This document shows, one piece after another, positions 24,854-37,826 of a stretch of DNA of 64,000 bases. How positions within the stretch are numbered: position 1 is the stretch's first letter; each line of letters starts with the position of its first letter. The notes beneath the pieces were generated by a model. That model saw only the letters and a list, made by a program, of their open reading frames with translations, was not told the DNA's origin and ran no database searches. A program made the position numbers and the translations under genes. Source of the stretch: Convolutriloba macropyga (taxonomy: Eukaryota); NCBI RefSeq assembly GCF_964194025.1, contig NC_134478.1:15376001-15440000 (forward strand), in the 5' to 3' direction.

Positions 24854-25219
24854 TGTGATATCCTTGGATATCAAGTAGTCCTAAAAAGGATTGTTTTGAT
24901 GGTCATAGAGTTAATAAACATTTGGTTGTATTAAGTTACATTTCTTAACCGGTACATTTAAATTATACAAGTATATTTGATGTTAAATTTACTATGCTGT
25001 AAAACTATTGTACTCAATGCCCATATATGCTTCTGTTGAATCCGGATAAATATTAAATGAATACACATAACAAAAGTAACTTACTGAAAGCTATTAATTT
25101 ATAAGAGAGAGAGAGAATAAAGTCTTGAACAGTTGGTTGTTTTAAAGAGAAGAAAACCGTGATCCACCACTCCGAAGAGCCTTGAGAGCTCAGGCTGAAA
25201 GTTAGACAAGATTATTAGT
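24854..25219 (+). repeat. 3' LTR (366 bp)
   Basis: Direct repeat of 12381-12750, preceded by a purine tract. Confidence 0.95.
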
Positions 25220-26538
25220 TCCACGACTTATGTTAACTGAAATTTTTTGAGTGCACAGATTTGTTTTTGTGCTCTGAGCGAGCTACTAATAACTTGTGTT
25301 AGTGGGAACATAGTTCGCGGGAGGTTAATGCAATTAAAGTTTGAGCTGAACCCGAGCTCGAACTGCCAGCGGTTTCCGAGAACTTTTTCTAGCCTATTCA
25401 GACCCAAATTTTGCTGCTCCAAAGTAGCATATTAGTTTTTGGTTTATTTTTTCAGTAGTCATTGGACTTGTAAGAATTTTTTCTAAAGTCTTGCCTAAAG
25501 TGTCTAGTTTTTTTGCCAAGAAGTTTACCCAGTATATAGCTCAAATTATGCTTGGCTTTATTTTCTTACAGTATTGGAGAAAGTGTTGGAACAATGTTAT
25601 CTAGTTTGTAAAATGACATTTAACTACTTCAGCATTCAAAATAATTTTAAGTAGTTGTTTTGATTGCGCTGAAACGAACGCATTGTATCTTCTGTTGATC
25701 AAAGTGATTTTGTGGATTCATTTTATTGTGTCGTCTGTAGTCTTTCTTGAACATGAACTTCTGAATTTTGAAAAGAACTGTTTTTGTATAGAAGGTAGAG
25801 GCATATAACAGACCGGTTGATAAAAATTAATTTCCTCTGAGTTTTTAAAGTTTCCTTCGTACTTTTGCTGATGGTCTTTAAAAAAATGTCAATGCTCCGT
25901 AAACAGCGGTGAGTTGAGTTGAACGTGAAATCTGCCACGTCCATCTCGCCTCTATAGTCTCAAGTAATTATTCGAATTGTGAATTCAATAGTTTGTGATC
26001 AAGTTAAATAGTTTATGGGGGACTCAAATCACTGCTTACGGAAAACTGGCAAAAATGTTTATGCATTTTCTGCCGAAGTACTTATGGAATTCTTCTAGAT
26101 TGTCTCCTACAATTTAAACTCCATCTCTTTCCACTTGATTCATATGAAATTGGAAACGGTCCTCAATCGGAATTGTACCAAAATACTTTTTGAAATCGGA
26201 ATTGTACCAAAATGCTTTTTGAAATCTGGTCAAATGCAATTCATCTGTTGAATTCCATTTTTCGTATCTATTCCATTTCTAAAATTTACGCGTGAGAGAT
26301 CACCCTGAAAGATCATGTTCGGACACTCTGTTTTTTTTGGGACGAAGTGAACCAGTTAATTCTGCAATGAACTTGATATTTTATGGCTTTGCAATATATA
26401 ATTTCATATAATTATAAGGCAAATACTTAATTTCGCAGATTTAAGTTTTTTGCGCTTTTCTTTTTATAAATTGTTAAAACTCACGTATATTTCGCTACAT
26501 AACAGATCCCAATTTTTATTGAGTTTTTTTTGCTTCAG

Positions 26539-27280
26539 ATACTACCTTGATCCACCTGAAGTACAAACTGTCTTAACAGCTTCAAACAGCAGTGAGCAAC
26601 TACATTACGGCTACTTCCGAGATGATCCTAACAAAATGCCAGCTTTTGTTGTGTCCGCGAAATCTTCCAAAGACTGTGTTCTAAGATACGCTGGTGACAA
26701 CTTACTCGAATTTATCTACAAAGAAATCAACTTAAAATTATCTAAGGTTTCAACTGACAGCTCTGTTTCTAACGAGAGAAATAAACTAACAAATTTGAAG
26801 TCAAAATTGGAAAAGTTTGCTGCTACTTGTGATCCCGTTGTGCAATTAAACTGTAAGGAAAAGAATTTCCGAGATCGCAAAAGGAAATCTCAAGGAACGA
26901 CTTTTCACAAATTGGGAATTTCCGTTTACGTCAAAAATGACATTGGTTATCGCCCTATTCATCACGATGACGCAACATTACGTAAGATGATGCAAAAAGT
27001 TGCGCAATGCGAATCGCAGTCTGAACGAGTTGCTGCATTTGGACCATTACATGAACAAATAACCTTCGTTCAATTTGCGAATGATGAATCAGATTTTGGT
27101 ATGGGCTTGGAATTGGGGCTGAATTTTTTCCTCCAGGGAGCGGAATGTTTTCACAAAGCGGCGGGGAAGCTACTGCCTACTGCGTATAAGTTTTTGAAAA
27201 GAGATTTGTACGCCGAAATAATTGAGAAACATCTAGCCAAGCGCGAGAAAGATCCAACCAATATCTTGTATCTCAAGTAA
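26539..27280 (+). CDS. HPF1: HPF1 coding exon 3 (terminal)
   Basis: RYYLDPPEVQT..HYGYFRDDP..TFHKLGI..KNDIGYRP..TFVQFANDESDFGMGLELG..AEIIEKHL; the ANDE catalytic Glu is present; acceptor TGCTTCAG 26538 is phase-compatible with exon 2. Confidence 0.96.
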
Positions 27281-27950
27281 TTTTGCAGTGATATTGACTT
27301 TGAGAATGATGCTTTTCAGGTGTTCAAATTGTCTTTTCTATTTTTGATTACAAGTTTAATTTAGTGAACAGAGACTTTGTTTTCGATTGTAGCAATTGCA
27401 ACTTGCTTGATTGAAAAGTTTCAACAATCGACCATTGGGAGTTTGAGTTCGCATGCACCTCGAAAATAGCTTTTTTTCGGTGACATTGTTGTATTTTTGG
27501 TATAGTTATCTTTCATAGAAATGAAAATATGACGGCTATTTTTTGTCCACGCTGCAATGGAAAACAAAATTTTTGCAATAGCAGTTTTCGAAGTAACTGA
27601 AATGCTTGGGGAAATGACTTTTTGTCCCTGCATCACAAATTGCCTTAAACTTATCAATTGACTCAGTTCACTGTTTGAAGTGTGAAGATTTTAAAATTTC
27701 GGAAAATAGTTGTTACAAAGGGATAAGAAATAATGTAACAAAATGATGAATGAAAGGAAAAGATGCAAAGTTCAAGGATGGAGTTTACTCATTCTTCAAT
27801 ATTTTTTACTTCGTTTTTTGCGTCACAATAAATTTGTACCTAACCCTGACGATTTTTAAAATAATTTTGTGCGACATGAAAAGTAAGAGTTTTGATGAGA
27901 TTTTTAAAAATTTTCTGTTCAATTTGTATTTCTATGGGTTTTGGTTGTTA

Positions 27951-28333
27951 ATTGCTCTTGAACGCAGTTCATAGCAATTATTGTAAACGTGTGTGTCTTT
28001 TTTATGCAAATTTTTCGCTTGACAGTTTTGCGCTTTTCTTCTAGATCATTCTTTGACTTCTCAAGTGATTTTTTCACGCTTTCGTTCTTCATTTTTGAGT
28101 GATCTCTATTGCTCTGAAGTAAAGCTAATATAAATCCGGTTGCAGAATAAGTGAGGTATGTGATCTGTAGCGCAGTGGTTAGTAGTTGTGGCTGTTGATC
28201 GGGAGGGCAGTGGTTCGAATCCCGGCGGGGGAAAAGTTTTTTGCACCCATAATTTGATCTAGGCTACAGCCCCTGAATTAATTTGCCTCGCCTGTCGTTC
28301 AAGAGCAATTTTTCCGACATTTGTCGGTTTATG
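27951..28333 (+). mobile_element. Non-autonomous Helentron/DINE-1-like element (family D) containing a tRNA-derived segment
   Basis: Perfect 14-bp inverted repeat ATTGCTCTTGAACG / CGTTCAAGAGCAAT, hairpin CCGACA-TT-TGTCGG, then TTTATG in a T-run. Confidence 0.7.
28165..28231 (+). repeat. tRNA-derived (SINE-head-like) sequence with Pol III A and B boxes
   Basis: A box TAGCGCAGTGG and B box GGTTCGAATCC; no clean acceptor stem. Confidence 0.7.
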
Positions 28334-28729
28334 TTTCAATTTTCAGCTCTCCTTTTTTACATCTCAACCATTGCTTGGTTTGTTGTTTTAAAAATGACAT
28401 CATTCTCTGGGAGTAATGTTCTTTTAGACTGATTATTTGTGATATAAGGCAATCCCTATACAATCTTTTGCCTGGCGATATTGCAATTGTGTCTCGAGAA
28501 AGGTTGTTAGTCTCAAAACCCTCGGGGAAATTAGTGGCTTTGGGGTGCTCTGAGATTTTTTTGGTCTCTAAGTGTACGTTTTGCCCTCTTAGAAGCTTGA
28601 ATTCATGGTGTAGATGGGCTGTCATATTATCTCTCAACTCCCTTACACAGTAAACCTATCCACCCTAATTGGAAGGGATCTATTCTCTTTCGAGCATCAC
28701 CCCTCAGTGTTTTTATGACCCCAATTACA

Positions 28730-28810
<81 letters not shown>
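28730..28810. repeat. (AAT)27 microsatellite
   Basis: Perfect trinucleotide run. Confidence 0.99.
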
Positions 28811-29220
28811 TTTGGTTCCTGCGTAATCGCAGCGGAACAGCATTTGGCTACTGAGGCCTGTTCTCAGCTGCCCTTCTTCCCCACATTCTTATTATTCCCC
28901 ACATTTCAGACTGTTCTTTTCATGGGCAGCATTGCTCTTTTTTGGTGACTATGGCCAATTTTTTCGCGTCTGAAACTTTCACGTGGCGCCATCATTGCAG
29001 CCAACATTGGTCAGGCTATGGTCAACCTGAAACTATTGTTAAATAAGAGCTCATCCTCACACAGACAGCTCCACGGAGGCAGGGATTGAACTTTCATTTC
29101 TTGGTGTGTGAATCAAACACCTTACCTCTCGGCTATCACTCTACAAATTATATGTTATATAGCACGTTACTGTGTAAGAAAATAGCACGTGCGCCTGGGG
29201 GTCATAAAAAATTTATGTTC

Positions 29221-29664
29221 ACTAAGCTGGGGGGGGGGGGTAAAACAGAAAAGATCCGAAAATTGTTGGAGCAGCAGTTCAGCCTCTATTTATTCATAAC
29301 GAGGTCAGCCATTGAAATTCTCAAAAGGGGCCCAAATTTTTTTTCACTTTAACTTTTAGTGCTGGCGAAAAAAGCTTTAATAAGATGTTATAAGAATATA
29401 CCCCCCCCCCCCCTGCTTGAGCAAGCTACAAATGAATCGACCTCCCGCCTGTCAATAGACAGCAGTTCGTCAGATTTAAATCGGTTTTCATTTATTTGTA
29501 GGTTTTGGTTGTAAATGATATGCAGTGAACTAAACATGGGGTACATGGCACAAACGGAGAGGATCCAGCTTATTTTTGAGATGAACAGTTCAACTGGCGG
29601 TAGCCAATCCTTCGTAAGAAGATCTGGAGCCGGATCTTTTCCGTCTGTGCCCCCCAGCTTAGTG
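29221..29664. mobile_element. Probable MITE or inverted pair with G/C-run termini
   Basis: ACTAAGCTGGGGGG..ACAGAAAAGATCCG (29221-29258) is inverted to CGGATCTTTTCCGTCTGTGCCCCCCAGCTTAGT (29631-29664); related to the elements at 59018-59333. Confidence 0.5.
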
Positions 29665-30280
29665 GGTAGGGGCTCAGTATTTGCAACTCCATGTGCACGT
29701 GCTTTTTGACTTCATGATGTACTATGCAATGGCAGGTGCTCTGTAAGAAGTCATAATGTACCAGAGAGCACCAGCAGAAACATTCAAAATTACTTCTGAG
29801 ATCACTGTTTTATTTGCCAAAATCTTTTGCGTTTGTGCCTCTCACCAGTTTTTGGTGGTTGCATGTTATTTGCACACCCCAGACGATTATACCATATTTT
29901 TATATAATGATTAACTATGTAAGGGCACGTGCTCTGTTACTGGGGGGTGCATAACGTACTGGGGGGAGGGACATAAACAGAGGAGATCCCAATTGCTATC
30001 TAATGGCACGTGCTCCATTTTGCCACATAATTCCTGATGACACAATGTTCTTGAAATGTGCATCTCTTTGTTATTTGCCGCCATTTATTCCGTCATTTTG
30101 GGTCAAAAATTGAGAGCAAAATCACATTAGACTATAATGTCTGGATTATCTGCGTTGATCAGTCAGTCGCTGTAATCCGTTAATAAAGTACACATATTTA
30201 TGGTCGCATTGGATCCTCATTTCAGGTAAATTATGATTATTAGCTAATTAACCACCGACTATTATTTCATTCCACTAAAT

Positions 30281-32034
30281 ATGTTTCAAATTACAAATTC
30301 TCTCGACTTTATATTATGCCCGTTCCTTCGAAAGGGTCACTCGTGTCTAAGATCACATTGTGTTTTCAACCACAGAAGTCCAAACCATAAAGATAGGTTC
30401 AAAAATGCACAAAAATATCCTGGAGGGGTTTTGCTTCCAAATTTGGCTGCTGTTGACGAGCGCAAATCTGACCTAGAGTATGATCCGATCGATAATTTTG
30501 CAGTTTCAGGTTTGAGCCCAACTAAAGTTACAGTACCCAGTTACGATCCGAACTTTGTATTTAATACTTACGCACCGTTTCCGACTACAAATTCCTACCT
30601 CAGCGGTGTTTCTAAAAGCAACGCACAAAATTTATCTAATTTGGCCCTATGTCAAAGTGTGACCACAAAAACGGATCAATCAATTCAAGTTGAAGATGAA
30701 CAAACATTAAAAAAACGAGGCTGCGAAACTTTGGATGAACAAAACTTGACATCTGAAGCTTCAAGTTCAAAAAAGGCAAAAAGTGACAAACCTTCAAACA
30801 CAAAATCGAAGAAAAGTGAAGTAACGCCGAAGGAATCACCCAATAAAAAGAAAACCGAGCCGGTTAAAAGGAAAGTGGTGTCCGAGGTCGATTTCCTTTC
30901 AATCGAGGAGGGTGGAACTGATTTTCCCAAAAAGAAAAGGAAGAAAGAAAAATCTACGAAAGAAAAGAAAAGCTCCAAGGATACGGAACTCAAAAATCAA
31001 GATTCAGAAGAAATGACAGTTATCGATATAAGGGATGATTTGGACAATTCCGATCAGGAAATTGAGCATTCGAACTCCGATCAGGAATGGCCAGAGATCC
31101 AGCCGAAAATTACTATTCCATTCCCGGTGAAAGAAGAGCGAAAAGCAAAAACGTCAAGTCCTTACGACCTAATGCAAAAACGTCTGCAATTGCTCGGTCA
31201 GCTCAAAGCATCGCTCACAAAACCAATTAAATCTAAATTTTCATCTGTGGTTTCAAACTCGGTACCTTCAGCTTCTGATATTACCAAAGCGTCTACTATA
31301 AACTCGCTCCAGACTTCCGTCGTTAATGGTTCAGAATCAACAATTCCAGTTTCGGCGCCCGTTTGCAAATCTCGCGTGGCGCATCAGCCGAAAGACCAGA
31401 TTGCAGAAAACGGACAACTTGTTCTGAACTCAAATTCTCCAAGTTACGCTGAAGCTGCAAAAGTAGCCAAACCTCCTATAATTGATCCGAAAGCGGGTTC
31501 TGCTAAAATACCTATTTTAGTTCGTCAGCAGTATTTGAACAAATTTTTTGAACAGTATCAGCGGTTAACGTCAGATAAAGACGCTTATACGAAATCTTCA
31601 GAAGCCGAGAAAGCAATATATGATCGAATTAATTCTAAAGCAGTTTATTTGAGTTCGTGTGTGAATGCTTTGAAACGACTGACGTCAATGACCAAGTCGG
31701 ATTTTGCAGCAGAAAGCGAATCAAAAAGCAGTTCGTCATCGTCGAAAGAAAGTAAATCTTCTGTTTGGTCGAAATCAGTTTCCCATAGCCAAGTTCTGTT
31801 CGGTTCTAAGTACTCATTGGTAACACAAAATGCGAAAAAGTCTACTTCGAGTGGTAATCAGTTGAAAGTATCGGGTGAACAGTTTTACAAGTTATGTGAA
31901 CGATTTTGTTTGACGGAAGAGCAGCTGAAGGAACATGGTTTTCCCGGTTTCGGAGAGAGCAAGAAGAAAGTTTTCAAGTTGGCAGAGCTTGAGAATGTTG
32001 GTGTTAATGACATTGAAGAGAGAATATGTGCAAG
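30281..32034 (+). CDS. REXO1: RNA exonuclease 1 homolog, exon 1
   Basis: N-terminal CPF..C.R.HC.F.H motif; KIPILVRQQYLNKF..EKAIYDRINSKAVYLSSCVNALKRL; LTEEQLKEHGFP..RICAR; donor GTATGT 32035 in phase 2. Confidence 0.9.
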
Positions 32035-32456
32035 GTATGTGACTTGAGATCAGAAATCCCAGATTCTTGCGATCTCGAATGTGACGTGATATCCTAATTG
32101 TTCTTCAAAATTGATTTGTCAATAATTGTTTGTCAAAAGTAAGTTCGCACCCCCTTAGTCTCACGTATCAGATCAGTTTAGTCCATATTGTTAATCTGAG
32201 TCTTTCCTATTACCCATTATACCCCCCTCGTCATTACCTTAAGCATACGATAAGGAGGGTATAATGGGAAGGACGCCTTTCCTTTTTATCAACGCCCCCC
32301 CCCCCCCCCCCCCCCCAACTAAAGTCCTCTCATTTTGGTACTCATTTTGGTAAAATTACGTAAAGCGGGGGATCCAAAGGTTCTAGTCGCACAAAGCTTT
32401 AATGACGAAATGTGCTGATTGTGCGGTGTATTTATTTGCTTTGCTTGTGTGGTTAG

Positions 32457-32599
32457 ATGTGGGAAGAGCTACTCTGTCTACTCTATAAGTGGCTCCCCAG
32501 TGACCAGTGTTGGGTGTGAGTCTGTCGAGTGTGTGTACCACTGGGGCAAGCTCTGGCACCAGAGAGGAATTAACGAGCACAGATTCAACTGCTGCCAAG
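32457..32599 (+). CDS. REXO1: REXO1 exon 2
   Basis: RCGKSY..ECVYHWGK..RFNCC; acceptor TTAG 32456; ends at the non-canonical donor CAAG|GCATGA. Confidence 0.85.
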
Positions 32600-32695
32600 G
32601 CATGAATTTTTAAACATCCTGATCTCCCCATAGATGCTGGAAAGTGATTCTGCAAATTAATTCTTATCCACGAAAACATCTCCAGATCTCTGTTT

Positions 32696-35600
32696 ATAGC
32701 TGCGAAGCTGTAAGCTGAGCGTAGCTATATTGCGGTGCTCTTGGTTTTTTACGACTCGAAGAGGAGTATTGGTTTTCTCTCGGTCTTTTTACGACTCGAA
32801 GAGGAGTATTGGTTTTCTTAAGGTTTTTTTTTTACCGGAAGTACTATTCGTTCAGACGATGTTTTGACCTAAAAGCGAAAGCGAGTAAAATTGCAGTGTG
32901 AACTAATTTTTTCTGAGCGAGAGAAGTTTTTTGATCATGCGCTGAGTTTAGTGAATGACTTTTTGATATTGAAAAGTAATTTTTGACTGAATGGCACATA
33001 AGATAACCGTTTTTAGCCGTTTTTTCGTCTAAGTGGCCTAGTTTTTTTTCTTGTAATTTGGTTTTTTGTATAAATAATTTTTAATCGATGCTATGTTGAA
33101 ATGTAAACCCCGGAAATTGATAGCACAGTATTTTGCATAGCCTGAAATTGCGTTTCAAATGCGAAATTGGCACATATTTCTTGATTTTTTTGTTAATTTT
33201 TGGCTTTTTTTCTATTAATTTCTTCATTTTTGGATCTTTTATCTGTTTTTTTGTCAAAAATCAGTTAATATGGCAACTTCCCTTTGATAATTCATATACT
33301 CAATGCCTCTTTCTACCTCGATGTAATTTTGTTATCATAAAATTGTACATTTGCTAATCCGATTTTCGTAGTTTTTTGCCAATTTTTTCAGTTTTTTGTT
33401 TGTATTTTGCTTTTAATTACTAGAAATAGTATTTTGGGGAACATGAGGGACTTTAATTTCGTTTCAATAAAAATGCAATCATTTTTTGGTGTTAAATTTT
33501 TGAAAAAACAGATAAATTTTTTTCATAAATGCAGTCTTAAATATTTTTTGACCACTTTTTTGCAAAATGTTTCAATGTTTCGCATGTCTGAATTTTGCTT
33601 TTTCTTGTTTTATTCTCTTGAGCAAGTTGGTTTTTTGTCTCGAATGACTCATTGTCTTTTCTATGTCTCGAATGCTGATCAATGAAATATACTCGTTTTT
33701 CTTGATTTTTTTAAAATTTAATTGTTAACTTTCAAAAATCAAGAATGTCTTTTTGTTACGGTGTTCCTAACATTGTGTCCACATTCTTCACATTCTCGAT
33801 TGTATCATTCTAGTTTTGTCCTGGCACCTACTTTTATATTCGTTTTATTGATTTTTTCAGTTGTTAAAAAATTGAATGAATGCAGCTTTTTCTTAGATCT
33901 TGGTTTCTTCGGCTTGCAATTGATTTAATTCAAAATAAAGCAGTACTGGGATTTTGCTAGAAAGTCTTTTCCAACATTTCTACTTGTTCCTATTCATTGC
34001 AATTTTCTTCCGGGCTTGGTATTGTTTTTAGACGATTTTTTGCCTTTGAATATTATTCTGTTGCTTTTGTTTTTCTATGATTAATTTAATTTTTGAATTA
34101 GTATGAAATCTTGTTGTCTAGCATATATACAACAAGGAAGAATCATGTATTAATTTTGTCTTAATTGCCGTGATTAGAAATCTAATTGTTGTGGTTCTCT
34201 GATTCTTAAGTTTGAGCACTCTTTTTTGAATTATTTTGACTTTCCTGTCTTTTTTGAAAAGTTTTTATCTGACGTTTGCTTTCGCGATCTTTTTTAGATT
34301 AGAATCAATAATTATCTGAGGGCAATTGATGGCCCTGTCAGCTTTGTCAGGCTATCAGCTTTTCGACCATCCTAAAAATTTCAGACTTTTTTAACGTTAC
34401 CAAACGTTTTCAATAATAAAATTTTGCTGCATTTTCTTTCTCTTGGTGACAGTGGTTTAAATTTCACCGATTTTTAGATCAGACCCGGGGAGGTAATGAG
34501 TTAATGGTTTAATACAAAAGGTAATGGCTTCAGCTTTTTGTGAAGTTTTGGTGATTCGAGTCGCTTCCGGAATTCTTCCGGCTATGTTCTTAAGGTTTTT
34601 TTTTAACCGGAAGTACTATTCGTTCAGACGCTGTTTTGACCTAAAAGTGAAAGTGAGTAAAATTGCCGTGTGAACTAATTTTTTCTGAGCGAGAGAAGTT
34701 TTTTGATCATGCGCCGCGTTTAGTGAATGACTTTTTGACTTTGAAAAGTAGTTTTTGACTGAATGGCACATATAGATAACCGTTTTTTCGTCTAAGTGGC
34801 CCAGTTTTTTTTGCTTGTAATTTGATTTTTTGTGGAAATAATTTTTATTCGATGCTATATTGAAATGTTAACCTCGGAAATTGATACCTTAGTGTTCTGC
34901 AGAGCCTGAAGATGCATTTCAAGTTCAAAATTGGCACATAATTCTTGATTTTTTAGTTTTTTTTGGCTTTTTTTTCTATTAATTTCTTCATTTTTGGATC
35001 TTTTAACCGTCTTTTTGTCCATAATCCATTAATATGGCAACTTCCTTTTGAGAATTTATATACTCAACGCCTCTTTCTACCTCGATGTAATTTTGTTTTA
35101 TAAAATTGTACATATGAGAATCCGGTTTTGGTAGATTTTTTCCGATTTTTTCAGATTTTTGTTTGTATTTTGGTTTTAGTAACTCGAAATAGGGTTTTGT
35201 GCAACATAATGGACTTTACTTTCATTTCAATAAAAATTCGATCATTTTTTGCCGTTAAGTTTTTGAAAAATAGTTAAAACTTTTTTACAAATGCAGTCTT
35301 AAAAGTTTTTTTGACCATTCGTTTGCAAAATGTTCCGATGTTTCGTATTTTCGCTAATTTCCATTTTTTGAGTTTTCTTCAAGAGGATAGATCTTCGTAC
35401 CGGATGGCTCGTCTTTTCTATGTCTCGAATGCAATGAAATGTATTCGTTTTTCTTGATTTTTTTAAATTGGATTTTAAACTTTCAAAAATCAAGAATGTC
35501 ACGGTGTTCCTTACCTTGTGTCCATATTCTTCACATTCTAGTTATTATCATTCTAGCTTCGGCTTGGCATCTACATTTATTTTCGGTATATTGATTTTGT

Positions 35601-37826
35601 CAGTTGTTAAAAAATTTCAGCTTTTAGATTTTTGTCATTTCTCTGGTTTGCAATTGATTTCATTCAACATAAGGCAGTACTGAGACTCGCTAGCAAGACT
35701 TTTCCGAAAAATCCACTTATTAATGTTTGCTGCAACTTTCTTCCCGCCTTCGTTTTAATGTAAAACCAATATATAGATAACCGTTTTTAGCCGTTTTTTG
35801 GGTAAGTGGTCCAATTTTTTTGCTTTTATTTTGGTTTCTTGTAGAAATAAATTTTATTTGATACTATATTGAAATGCCAACCTCGGAAATTGATGCCACA
35901 GTGTTTTGCAGAGCCTGAAAATGCGTTTCAATCGGAAAATTGGTGCATATTTCTTGATTTTTTAGTTAATTTTTGGCTTTTTTTCTATTAGTTTTTTTTT
36001 GGATCTTTTAACCATCTTTTTGTCAAAAATCAGTTAATATGGCAACTTCTCTTTGATAATTCATATACTCAAGGCCTCTTTCTACCTCGATGTAATTTTG
36101 TTTTATAAAATTGTAAATACTCTAATCCGATTTTGATAGTTTTTTCCGATTTTCGTCAATTTTTTGTTTGTATTTTGGTTGTAATTGCTGGAAATAGTCT
36201 TTTTGTGCAACATGAGGGACTTCAATTTCGTTTCAATAAAAATTCAATCATTTTTGGCGTTAAGTTTTTGGAAAACAGTAAAAACTTCTTCATAAATGCA
36301 GTCTTTAAATTTTTTTGACCATTTTTTTGCAAAATGTTTCAATGTTTCGTATTTATGAATTCTGCTTTTTGTTATCTTCAGGAGGATAGATCTTTGTATC
36401 GGATGACTAGTTATCCTTTCTATTACTTGATTGCTGAACAATGAAATGTATTCATTTTTCTTGAATATTTTAAATTGATTTTTAACTTTCAAAAATCAAG
36501 AATGTCTTTTTTTAACGGTGTTGCTTATGTTGTACCAATATTTTTCGCATTCTGGTTAGTATCATTCTAGCTTCGGCCTGGCATCTACATTTATTTTCGG
36601 TATATTGATTTTTTTCAGTTAAAAATGAATGATTTCAGCTTTTTCTTAGATTTTCGTCATTTCTATGGTTTGCAATTGATTTCTTTCAACATAAGAGCAG
36701 GACTGAAAATCTGATTGCAAGCCTTTTCCAAAGTTTCCACTTATGATTATTTACTGCAATTTTCTTCCGGTCTTGGTATTAATTCAAACGATTTTTTGCT
36801 TTTGTTTATTCTTCTGCTGCTTATGTCTTTTCTATGATCAATTTAGTTTTTGAATTAGTATGAAATCATGTTGTCTAGCATATGTACAACAAGGACAAGT
36901 GTGTGTTGTTTTTTGTCTTAATTGCAACGATTAGAAGTGTCATTATAGATGTTATAGGTGTCATTATAGGTGTTTTCTGATTCTTAAATTTGAGCTTTCT
37001 TTTTTGAAAAGATTCAACTTAGTTTTTTAAGATTATTATCTGCCGTTTGCTTTCGCAACCTTTTTGAGAATAGAATCATGAATTATTTGAGGGCAATTGA
37101 TAACGTTGTCAGCTTTTAAAGACTATCAGTTTTCTGACCACCTCAATTATTTCCGATTTTTTAACCTTACCAAACGTTTTCAATAATGTAAAATTTTGCT
37201 GCATTTTAATTCTCTTGGTTACAGTGGTTTAAGTTTCACCAATTTTTAGAGCAGACCTGGAGAGTTAGTGAGTTAATGGTTTTATAGAAGAGGCAGTGGC
37301 TTCCGCTGCAATTACGGTTTTGTTAGTGACGTTCTGACGCTTCGAGTCGCTTCCGGATTTCTTCCGGCTATGTTTTTTTGTTTCGTCGTCTGACACTCTT
37401 TTTTCGTTTTACATTTCACACAGCAAAGCTGAAAAAGTCAAATATTCTGAATTACTTCTTCCTCTCACTAACAACATTTGCGCGCGTGACGTCATTTCTC
37501 ACTCGCTTTAGCGGAGGTTTTTAGGTTATTTGCGTGATTAGATTTTGATCATACGTGACTTACCTCACTCAATAAAATGACTTTTGCACTTTAAAACTTG
37601 AGTTTAATTTGAATTTGTTTAAGGTCAAAGGAACTTATATGTGCAGTTAAGGTCCCTAATAAGAGGCTTCTGTGGAATGAATGTAACAAGCTTTATTAAT
37701 TAATCGCTGAAAGTATTTTGAGCGGAGTCGATTTTTTTTCAATTTAGATCTGTATCTGTTTCTATCTCTATTATATGGCACGCAGGTCTATTCTTTCGCA
37801 GCTATTCCGGCAATCTGCCGGCTATG
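32696..37826 (+). mobile_element. Triple-nested Helentron/DINE-1-like elements in REXO1 intron 2 (32696-37826 > 32751-37372 > 32791-34586)
   Basis: subTIR pairs ATAGCTGCGAA/TTCGCAGCTAT and ACGACTCGAA/TTCGAGTCGC, each followed by a CCGG hairpin + CTATG; a ~1.8-kb internal body is present in about three diverged copies. Confidence 0.75.

Larger units (their letters stand above)
12381..25219 (+). mobile_element. Env-bearing Ty3/gypsy-type LTR retroelement (endogenous retrovirus-like), decayed, in HPF1 intron 2
   Basis: Paired LTRs, PBS, gag (CCHC), PR-RT-RH-IN order, env, PPT; candidate 5-bp TSD TTCAC/TCCAC with one mismatch. Confidence 0.96.

Noticed and set aside
26450-26538. N-terminal part of the 276-aa ORF
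   Set aside because: Intronic polypyrimidine tract upstream of the HPF1 exon 3 acceptor
28165-28231. Possible tRNA gene
   Set aside because: A and B boxes are present but the acceptor and anticodon stems do not pair; it lies within a repeat
28715-28948. Poly-Asn ORF
   Set aside because: Product of the (AAT)n repeat
30636-30993. Antisense ORFs over REXO1 (similarly over MED17, pol and env)
   Set aside because: Shadow frames of real coding sequence
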